Source of the DNA: Octopus vulgaris
Lineage: Eukaryota
DNA: 64,000 bases
Direction of reading: 5' to 3'
NCBI GenBank assembly: GCA_951406725.2
Contig: OX597817.1
Location: 1,860,001-1,924,000, forward strand
Shown here: piece by piece, positions 54,173-64,000 of the stretch
Position numbering within the stretch: the first letter of the stretch is position 1
Layout: each line of letters opens with the position of its first letter
Translations under genes and position numbers: made by a program
Notes under the pieces: generated by a model
Database searches by the model: none
Told to the model about the DNA's origin: nothing
What the model saw: only the letters and a program-made list of their open reading frames with translations

Positions 54173-54393
54173 AGGCAGAGAGCTGGCAGAACCGTTAGCA
54201 AGTCGGGCGAAATGCTTAGCAGTATTTCGTCTGCTGCTACGTTCTGAGTTCAAATTCCGCCGAGGTCGACTTTGCCTTTCATCCTTTCGGGGTCGATTAA
54301 ATAAGTACCAGTTACGCACTGGGGTTCGATCTAATCGACTTAATCCCTTTGTCTGTCCTTGTTTGTCCCCTCTGTGTGGGCAGTAAAGAAATA
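54173..54393 (+). mobile_element. SINE family B monomer
   Basis: Head, core and tail present. A second, older copy lies at 54601-54810. Confidence 0.88.
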
Positions 54394-54989
54394 ATATATT
54401 TACAATAAACACGAGAAAGACAGAGAATGGGAATGTAGCATGTTGATATTGCCAGTTCTGTTATCCCTATTATTTGTTGCTTTCGGGGTCGATAAAATAA
54501 GTAACAGTGAAGTACTAGGGTCGATGTAATCGGTTACCTCACCCCTACATTTCAGGTGTTGTGCCCATAACAGAAAAGTTATTATTTTTTGTGTTAGTAA
54601 GGCGGCGAGCTGGCAGAATCGTTTCCGCATCGGACATAATGCTTAGCGGCATTTCGCACGTCTATATGTTCTGAGTTCAAATCTCGCTGAGGTCAACTTC
54701 GCCTTTCATCCTTTCAGGGTCGATGAAAAAAGTAGCAATCAAGCACTGGTGTCGATGCAACAAACTATATCTTCCTACCTCAACATTTCAGGCTCTGTTC
54801 TAGCAGAAAAGTTATCACTATCATTTGATTTAGTATTATTATTCAACCCTTAAGTCATGGATTATACCCAAACTCCAAAATTTGTGATTAGTAAATCGCA
54901 GAAATCCTTAATATATATTTATCCTATAATTTTCGTTTCTCAAGTACGCGTGCGTGTGAGTACATGGAAATGTATGCGTTAGTGTATAT

Positions 54990-55026
<37 letters not shown>

Positions 55027-55435
55027 CATATTGTGCATTTGCTGTGTGTATCTTGAGATTTAGTAGAGATTTGACTGCTATTTCTCAGCAGGTCGTCCGG
55101 CCACGTAAAGACACTCTCGTTAAAGTGTGAGCATTGTTTATGTTGATATGCGTGTTTACAACCAATAGTTGTATATGTGTAGTAATAGTAGTTGTTGTTG
55201 TCGTTGTCGTCGTCGATTCCGTAATTTTATAAACAAGCGTCGGACACAAATATATTGCGTTACGGCCTATCACATTTCGAGTTCAAATCCCGTCAGAACC
55301 AACTTTGCCTTTCGGTCTTTTCGATGTCAATAAAGTAAAGTATCAGTCAAGTACTGATGTTGATTACATTGACTTTCCCCCTCCCCTCAAAATTTCTGGC
55401 CTTGTACCTATGTTAGAGATCATTATTTGTATAAT

Positions 55436-55630
55436 TTACTCTTTTACTTGTTTCAGTCATTTGACTGTGGCCATGCTGGAGCACCGCCTTTAGTCGAGCA
55501 AATCGACCCCAAGACTTATTCTTTGGAAGCCTAGTACTTATTCTATCGATCTCTTTTGCCGAACCGCTAAGTTACGGGGAAGTAAACACACCACCATCGG
55601 TTGACAAGCGATGTTGGGGGATAAACAAAG

Positions 55631-55677
<47 letters not shown>

Positions 55678-55843
55678 CATATATACGACGGGCTTCTTTC
55701 AGTTTCCGTCTACCAAATACACTCACAAGGCTTTAGTCGGCCCGAGGTTATAGTAGAAGACACTTGCCCAAGGCATCACGTAGTGGGTATGAACCCGGAA
55801 CCATGTGGTTGGTAAGCAAGCTACTTACCACACAGCCACTCGC
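55436..55843 (-). mobile_element. SINE family A
   Basis: Full-length reverse-complement copy. Confidence 0.92.
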
Positions 55844-56110
55844 CATTGTTGTTTTTTATATATATTTTTGTTTTTTGAAGTATTACTGTCAAACACGACC
55901 GACCATTCCTATTATTAAAAGTATTCCAGTTGTGACCATCCCGCCACAGTGTCCTTAGAACAATTGTCTTGATAGTCTAAGATCATAAGCTGTATTTTGA
56001 TGCAGATTTGGCTGCTATTTCTAGCAGGTCATGCGATCGGGTAGAAACGTAAAGAGCAGCGTACGTGCTCGCATGTGAGTATGGCGTGTGAGCGGGTGAA
56101 TGTGCATGTT

Positions 56111-56189
<79 letters not shown>

Positions 56190-56456
56190 TGTGCCTGCCC
56201 TGACAATACGGCCTCGTTTTGTTTTGCGTAGAATATCCAAAGTTGTAATAAAAATGTCTCCCTGCTATTTCTTTCAGACAGTGAGATTGGGGTTTAAGAG
56301 CGATTTGACTTATTTCTAGCTGATCGGGCAATTATGTAGAGGCCACTCCAATTAGCGCCTTGTTGCTATAGAGTGTGTGTGTGTGGCGGGTGTCCGCTAG
56401 TCAGCGGTCATATTATTATTGTCTTTCGGAGATTTGTGAGAACGTGTAGAATACTC

Positions 56457-56533
<77 letters not shown>

Positions 56534-56554
56534 ACACACACACACACACACATA

Positions 56555-56766
56555 CGAAGGTGTGTTGAAAAGTTCCTGGCTTTGGGTAAAAGAAAATACA
56601 AGAGAATCAGTTATGATTTTATTCAACATATTCCCCTCTCGGATTCACACACTTATTGCAGTGGTCCTTCGGTTTTTTAAGCCCTGTAAAAGAACTTAGA
56701 AGGTTGGGCCTCCCCAACAGGCTCTTTGCGATACCCTTAAAACCAGTAACTTTTCAGTAGTCCTCG
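56555..56766. mobile_element. Mariner-derived MITE, ~212 bp
   Basis: TA-CGAAGGTGTGTTGAAAAGTTCCTGGCTTT ... AAAACCAGTAACTTTTCAGTAGTCCTCG-TA: imperfect mariner-type TIRs with a TA TSD. Confidence 0.8.
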
Positions 56767-56769
56767 TAC

Positions 56770-56864
<95 letters not shown>

Positions 56865-57195
56865 GGTAGATAGAAAGTACTTAAAGTGTCCGATTGGTCG
56901 AATCGTTAGAACAAAATGCCTTGCGGTGAATATTCCTAGTCTTTGTATTCTGATTGCAAGCCTCACCGAGGTCAACGCATTTCATCTTTTCCAGTGTTCG
57001 ATATAAATTTACACACACACACACACACACACACATAAATGAATACTCAAATATTGGGTCGATTCTTCTCTCATTTTTTCCTGCTATCTGAGAGTCGTAC
57101 ACATTCAGTTCAATAAGTTAAGCGAAAAGCTACCAACTCCTTCCTTCTTATATACTGAGGTTGATAATGAGATAAAATAAAACTAAAACAGCTGT

Positions 57196-57267
57196 TCCTC
57201 GGTAGTATAGTGGTAAGTATCCCCGCCTGTCACGCGGGAGACCGGGGTTCGATTCCCCGCCGGGGAG
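57196..57267 (+). tRNA. trnD-GTC: tRNA-Asp (anticodon GTC)
   Basis: 72-nt cloverleaf TCCTCGGTAGTATAGTGGTAAGTATCCCCGCCTGTCACGCGGGAGACCGGGGTTCGATTCCCCGCCGGGGAG with intact stems and a T-run about 10 nt downstream. Confidence 0.97.
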
Positions 57268-57275
57268 GCGAGTTA

Positions 57276-57283
57276 TTTTTTTT
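57276..57283 (+). terminator. RNA polymerase III oligo-T terminator of tRNA-Asp
   Basis: T8 run just downstream of the tRNA. Confidence 0.75.
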
Positions 57284-57449
57284 ATGGCGGTGCATCAGCA
57301 TGGCCGCAGCTCTGGGCTGAAACTAGAGAGATAAAACATATCAAGCATGGCTGTGTGGTTAAGAAGTTCGAGTTCAGTGCACGGCACGGCCCCTGGGCAA
57401 TTGTCTTATTATTAGCGAATTTCATTCACGAAAACTGCAAAAGCTCGTC

Positions 57450-57617
57450 GTAGGTGTGGGTGTGTGGTAAGAAGCTTGCTTCCTAACCACATGGTCCCGG
57501 GTTCAATCCCTTTGCGTGGCACCTTAGGCAAGTCTCTTTTACTACAGCCTTGAGCCGACCAGAGCTTTGTGAGTGGATTTGGTAGATGGAAACAGAAAGA
57601 AGCCCGGTGCATATATG

Positions 57618-57663
<46 letters not shown>

Positions 57664-57875
57664 ACTTTGTGTCTGTGTTGTCCCTCACCACTGTTTGACA
57701 ACCGGTGCTAGTGTGTTTACGTTCCCGTAACGTGGCGGTTCGGCAAAGGAGAACGATAGAAAGGTACAGGCTTTAAAAAAGAATAAGAAGTAGTAGGGTT
57801 GATTCATTCGACTACAAATTCTTTGAAGCTGTGCTCCAGCATGACCGCAGTCTAATGACTGAAACAAGTAAAAGA
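57450..57875 (+). mobile_element. SINE family A (diverged)
   Basis: Head, internal microsatellite and tail all present. Confidence 0.85.
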
Positions 57876-58334
57876 TGAAAGGTGTGTGTGTGTTATCACA
57901 TTTTACCTGCCTGTCGTTTCGTTGCAAGAATCCTAGTATCGTTCCACCTTCGCTTCGTTCCTTCGTTCGTTATATTCTTTCTCCTTCCTTCTTTTCCTTC
58001 CTTCCTTCCTTCCTTCCTTCCTTCCTTCCTTCCTTCCTACCTTCCTTCCTTCCTTCCTTCCTTCCTCACCTCCCAGTCAGCAAAACATTTTTGGTCTCTG
58101 CACAACATCACCCACGCACTCTTCAAACATACAACATTTGTTTTTTTTTCTTATTTTACCAACCATCGCTTCCCTCTACATTCTCAACACCAAACCTACC
58201 ATCAACACAAAAGCAATAGCAACAGCTACCAGCACTATCATCACTATTACCACCACCACCACCACTACTCCCCCCACCTGCACCAGCATTGCTTTTACAA
58301 CACCCATCACAACCATAACATCATCACTATCATT

Positions 58335-58679
58335 GAAAAGAAGAATTACATCGGGTTAAGTGAGGGCGAATACGAGAGACGTTTTGCAAACCACCTATCT
58401 TTTTTCCTGCACGTCGATAAAAGTAATGCTAGCCACGTATGGAATTTAAAGAGCAGCACCGCACCACATGAAATTAAGTGGAGAATAGCGGAGAAATCTA
58501 AGTCATATGTTAATGGATCTAAGAAATGCAACTTATGCGTAACAGAAAGATTTCATATTCTTCTTAGATCCAGCAGTTCTAACACACTGCTTAATTCCAG
58601 ATCTGAAATTTTTAGCAGGTGTAAACACATGGACAGGTTTCCTTCATCCAATTGGAGAGCACCTCCCGCTCCGGATTGA
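58335..58679 (+). mobile_element. Penelope-like retroelement C-terminal GIY-YIG endonuclease fragment (5' truncated)
   Basis: KNYIGLSEGEYERRFANH...HVWNLK...IKWRIAEKSKSY...KKCNLCVTERFHI...LLNSRSEIFSRCKH matches the YIG..E..FK.R..NH / CNLC..EK / LN.RSE....CRH signature. The upstream part of the listed ORF is microsatellite. Confidence 0.9.
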
Positions 58680-58889
58680 GTTGCTGTCTCGCAGACTTGG
58701 ACATATTTTCTGTTATTTTGTTTTATACCAGTCGTATTTAATCAGCTTTCTGCATTCGGGGAGGACAGGGATCTTAGTTTTTTTTTATTTCATTTCCTTT
58801 TTCTCGTTCCGCTTTGTTAGTGATTGTTTGTTCATCATTTTAAACTGGCACTCCGCTGACTTTGAAAAGTGCATTTTACTCAAAAACTT

Positions 58890-59250
58890 GTAGGTCATGA
58901 ATGCAGAGGAGATGCGAGGACAAGAAAGCAATGAAACTGGTATGCTCTGCTTGTTGTGTGACGTCAATACGCCAGTACGACAAAGTGAATATGTGTTGAG
59001 AGAAAATTTAGACATAAGAGATGCCGATGAAGTGTGCTTGAGAGAAGCCTGCGCTGATAAGGCCATGCGATGCATATAGGTAAGGACAGCTGTATACAGA
59101 AGTGCCGATCGCTAGATGCAAATGGAATTTGTAGAAGAGGGAGACCCAGGAAGACATGAGATGTAATAATGAAGACTGAGCTCAGATTTTTGAGCCTCAC
59201 AAGATGTGACAAAGAACCGAGATGATAGGCGATTCATCCTACTCGTGAAG
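58890..59250 (+). mobile_element. RTE-clade LINE 3' ORF fragment (decayed)
   Basis: MNAEEMRGQESNETGMLCLLCDV..RQS..VLRENLDIR, then remnants of RLRW.GH and RGRPRKTW across frameshifts. Confidence 0.75.
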
Positions 59251-59873
59251 ATTCCTTCATATCAGGAAAAGAAGGTCCTAACAATATATCTTTAAATGTC
59301 TTTTCTTTCACACTCATGACAGTTCTTCTCCACAACCCATCATCATAACATTCACCTCACCTTCATCCCTCTAACTATGGCACTATTTCTTCAGCCACCG
59401 TAATTATATGAGAGCAGAACTGCACATATTCCATCCTCCTTTTGTGATACCAGGAATCCCTCTGCTTGGAATCACTTTCTTTGTCACCCGCCCAGCACTT
59501 CGAATAAACTGCGAATAAGCATCCACATATATGTTTAATAGGTATAAATTCAGTTAGTGTAAATAGACCGTGTAGTTGAACTTTAGGACTCTCTACAGTA
59601 CTAATCTTAAACGATTCAAGTGGACAACGTTTGGGTAATGCTGTCTTATAAACTGTGTCTACTTGAGTCCCATTCAATAGAAGGAGGTGGCAGCTTATAG
59701 CTACTTACGAAAAATGCTACGTGCTTCTTGCTAGTAAAGTTTACTTAGAAGTTTATAGTCACCGAAAACTTCTACCAAAAGAACTGCAAAGAGAATTGTT
59801 TCCGTTTATGTACACCGTCACACAGAATCCAGTGACGCGCGGGAGAAAGCCGAAACGTTTAGAACACATATAC

Positions 59874-60315
59874 GGCGAAGGCGTGGCTGTGTGGTAAGAA
59901 GTTCGCTTCCCAACCACATGGTTCCGGTTTCAGTTCCATTGCGTGGCACCATGGGCAAGTGTCTCCTACAACCAAAGCCTTGTGAGTGGATTTGGTAGAC
60001 GGAAACAGAAAGAAGCCCATCGTATACATATTCTTTTACTTGTTTTAGTCATTCGACTGCAGCCATGTTGGAGCACCGCCTATATATATACGCATATATT
60101 ATGTGTGTGTGTCTTTGTGCCTGCATTTGCTCCTTCACCATCGCATGACAACCGGTGTTATAGTGTTTACGTCCCCGCAGCTTAGCGGTTTGGAAAAAGA
60201 GATCGATAGAATAAGTACCAGGCTTAAAAATAAAAGTATTGGTGTTGATTCGTTCGACTAAAATTCTTCAAGGCGGTGCCCCGGCATGGCCGCATTTCAA
60301 TAACTGGAACAAGTT
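59874..60315 (+). mobile_element. SINE family A (diverged; contains a short inverted copy of its own tail at ~60032-60080)
   Basis: Head GGCTGTGTGGTAAGAAG, body and tail recognisable. Confidence 0.8.
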
Positions 60316-60997
60316 GCACTCCGTCGGTTACGACGATGAGGGTTCCAGTTGATCCGATCACCAGAACAGATTACACGTGAAATTAACGTGCAAGTGACTG
60401 AGTATTCCTGCTGTAGAATGAATTATAACTTTATGCCAGATTTTTTTCTTCTTCCAACTAATCACTTAGCAAAATAAAAAAATATATTTTCCAGAATAAA
60501 TACGATGTATCTATCAATATTATTACTATAAAAGTTCATTTCCATGAATTAATGTTAATTAATTTATTTAATTAATTTATTTAATATTCATTTTGTTGAT
60601 ATGGTAAGGTTTTATGTACAGCAAATCTGTTTCCTTCAAATGTTTTGCACTTCTGCCGGCGAAATCCTACATGACAATAGGTATTTCTGTGACCGTCTCA
60701 TTGCTAAATTAACGTTGTGTCCGAAGACAGATTGAATGTCAATTATATATAAATTTTTGTTTGTGTATTCACATTTATGTGCCGCGTTCTTTTCGTCACT
60801 GTCTTCAACTTTCGCTCACTATTCCCATCAGCTTTTCGATGTTGACGCCGCCAAAAGTGAACAATATTATCGTTAAAGGCGTGAAATTATAATGATTTTT
60901 TGGGACGATAACTGACGAGGAAAGATCTTGTTTTATGTCTTTTGCGTGAATTTCCCCTTCATTCTTTATCGTGCTTCTGTTTAATCTTTGAAACAAA

Positions 60998-61029
<32 letters not shown>

Positions 61030-61036
<7 letters not shown>

Positions 61037-61241
61037 CTATGTATGTATATGTATACATATGTATATATTTATGTCTATATATGTATGTACGTACGTAGGT
61101 ATGTATGTATCTATGTATCTGTGTGTGTGTGTGTGTGTGTGTATGTGTGTGTGTATGTCTATGTATGTATATGTATACATATGTATATATTTATGTCTAT
61201 ATATGTATGTACGTACGTAGGTATGTATGTATCTATGTATC

Positions 61242-61276
<35 letters not shown>

Positions 61277-61361
61277 GTCTATGTATGTATATGTATACAT
61301 ACGTATATATTTATGTCTATATATGTATGTACGTACGTAGGTATGTATGTATCTATGTATC

Positions 61362-61395
<34 letters not shown>

Positions 61396-61508
61396 TGTGT
61401 ATGTCTATGTATGTATATGTATACATACGTATATATTTATGTCTATATATGTATGTACGTACGTAGGTATGTATGTATCTATGTATCTGTGTGTGTGTGT
61501 GTGTGTGT
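61030..61508. repeat. Higher-order tandem repeat, 4 copies of a ~120-bp unit built from decayed microsatellite
   Basis: The unit GTATGTCTATGTATG...GTACGTACGTAGGTATGTATGTATCTATGTATCT(GT)n occurs four times. Confidence 0.9.
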
Positions 61509-62017
61509 GATATTTTTTCAAGTGTCTCTTTATAACAATATTACTATTTCTTACATTCACACACACATCTATACATATACATACATACAGCATACGTACA
61601 GCAAACATTACATACATACATACATACATGCATGCAACTCTCATATTGCCTTCATATCACATTCATTTATAATATTCACACACAAATACAACCTCAATAT
61701 TTATCCCCTATTCTCGCAGACACACTTTTAATCCTTCTTCGTCTTTCCACACACACACACACACATACGAACACACGCACTCACTCACACACTCACTCAC
61801 CCACCCACCAAAGTCACTCCCAATCTTACCCTCACAAACACCAGATTCACGCTTAACATCTCATTCCTCTCTCTCTCTCCCCGTTTTCTCTCTCTTTTTC
61901 TATCTCGCACTCACACTTCACCTCTTTTCATCGCACTGTATCATGGTATTTTTCTTGTTATCTTTCCTCACTCAAGCCCCGCCCTCTTTTCATCCCTTTT
62001 TTTCTTATCTAATCATT

Positions 62018-62090
<73 letters not shown>

Positions 62091-62336
62091 AAACAAATAT
62101 TCACACCTCGCCCTAACTTTATGGTTACATTTTTTCTTTTTCCTTTTCACATAAAACCCGCCCACTTTTCGCCCCTTTTCTTATCTAATCCCCAACTCAT
62201 CCCTTCTTTCTTTCTCCCTCCCTCTCTCCCCCCGCTCTCTCTTTCCTCTATCGTACAAACATCCTCTTCATTAGCACGTTTCGTTACATAAATCCCGCTC
62301 ACTCTTCACTACCTCTTTCCATCCTTTGTTTGCCAT

Positions 62337-62367
<31 letters not shown>

Positions 62368-62810
62368 GCATTCTCCCCATCTCTCTCTCTCTCTCTCTTT
62401 CTGTTCATGTTTTCCTCTAACCTAACTAGTGTTCTCTATATCCTACCTACATACAATTTTGCTCAAAAACCTAGATATACTCTGCCTCGCGGAGAAAGAG
62501 CAAAAGATCTTGAGGCGGGTTCTCCAAATCCAATCTATTAGTGATACAGTGAAAATTTGTAAGACATTCCAAAATTATCCATCTGAGATTCTTATGTGAA
62601 TGGCTGCACACACTTAGAGTGTAAGCATCAACAGTTCGACCATCACACTAACTCAACTACAGACTTACGAACTCCGGAAATTTCTAAATTCAAAAATTCT
62701 TGTCACTTGTCGACCAGCTCGAACTCTCTCCCTAGAAGAACTTAAATAAATCTCAAAGAAAAATCACACACACACACACACACACACACATACATACACG
62801 TACAAAGATA

Positions 62811-64000
62811 CGTGGTAGTATCAAAAAGTTCCTTGACTAGTTCTTATTTCTTTACTGCCCACAAGGACCTACACACAGAGGAGACAAACAAGGACAGACA
62901 AACGGATTAAGTAGATTATATCACCCCCAGTGCATAACTGGTACTTATTTAATCGACCCCGAAAGGATGAAAGGCAAAGTCGACCTCGGCGGAATTTGAA
63001 CTCAGAACGTAACGGCAGACGAAATACCTATTTCTTTACTACCCACAAAGGGCTAAACACAGAGAGGACAAACAAGGACAGACAAACGGATTAAGTCGAT
63101 TACATCGACCTCAGTGCGTAACTGGTACTTATTTAATCGACCCCGAAAGGATGAAAGGCAAAGTCGACTTCGGCAGAATTTGGACTCAGAACGTAACGGC
63201 AGACGAAATACCTATTTCTTTACTACCCACAAGGAGCTAAACAAAGAGGGGACAAACAAGGACAGACATAGGTATTAAGTCGATTACATCGACCCCAGTG
63301 CGTAACTGGTACTTAATTTATCGACCCCGAAAGGATGAAAGGCAAAGTCGACCTCGGCGGAATTTGAACTCACAACGTAACGCAGACGAAATACCGCTAA
63401 GCATTTCGCCTGGCATGCTAACGATTCTGCTAGCTTGCCGCCTTGACTAGTTCTGTAGCACGCCAACAGAAGGCAGCACACGGTTGCGAGCGCAGTGACC
63501 TCCATGAGGTATTTGTGTCAAGTGATATCGCTGCGTTTACTTCTCAAGTTGTGAAACTTGTGTATCTGTGATCACGTGTATGCCGTAGTCTGCGATTTCG
63601 TCATGAATGCGAAACTGGAACAAAGAGCCAACATGTAATTTTGCGTTAAATTTGAAAGTATGCAACAGAGACATTGAGCATGCTTCGGCAAGCTTACGGC
63701 GACGAAGCAACGGGTCGTACGCAGTGTTTCGAGTGGCACGGGCGCTTCAGAAGCGGAAGAACGTTCCTGGATGACGATGAGGGATCTGGAAGAGCTGCTA
63801 CGAGAGTCATCCCCAGGAAATGTGAAAATTCATCAGCTTATACGTGAAGATCGTCGGAGGACAACCAACGACATTTCTAATGTTGTTGGTCTGTCGCATA
63901 GGTCTATGCAGGCAATCCTAACGCCTGAATTGAACATGTGGCATTTCTCTGCCAAGTTTGTCCCCCCGTCTGCTGACCACCGAGCAAAAAGAATACCGCA
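62811..64000 (+). mobile_element. Second mariner element (left TIR plus 5' transposase pseudogene from ~63603), runs off the window
   Basis: TA-CGTGGTAGTATCAAAAAGTTCC TIR. Translation MNAKLEQRAN.*FCVK..TETLSMLRQAYGDEA..RTQCFEWHGRFRSGRTFLDDDEGSGR...SAKFVPRLLT.EQK. Confidence 0.9.
62845..63442 (-). mobile_element. SINE family B trimer nested in the mariner left TIR
   Basis: Three cores. TSD TTGACTAGTTCT at 62833-62844 and 63443-63454. Confidence 0.93.

Noticed and set aside
57882-58334. N-terminal part of the 265-aa ORF as part of a host gene
   Set aside because: It is made of (CCTT)n and (CAC)n repeats that happen to be in frame with a Penelope endonuclease fragment.

Overview
This is eukaryotic, AT-rich genomic DNA saturated with microsatellites. 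Its SINE, LINE and microsatellite content is characteristic of an octopus (cephalopod) genome; that assignment is an inference from the repeats. I can support only one host protein-coding exon: the first coding exon of a TGF-beta superfamily ligand, most like BMP3/GDF10 (minus strand, 45840-46515). I found no downstream exon, so positions 1-45839 appear to be one intron of more than 45 kb. There is one intact tRNA-Asp(GTC). The rest is mobile DNA: several tRNA-derived SINE families (many copies, several with target-site duplications), a full-length but disrupted mariner, a second mariner with a SINE trimer inserted in its TIR, hAT, mariner and Kolobok-like MITEs, and fragments of Tx1/L1, RTE, R4-like and Penelope-like retroelements. 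The most notable unannotated structure is a set of short fold-back inserts in (AT)n microsatellites that carry type I hammerhead-ribozyme motifs. In three of four, the symmetry axis lies at the 5' edge of the ribozyme. Nearly all entries in the ORF track are microsatellite or SINE artefacts. All family assignments come from motifs read by eye; no database search was run.
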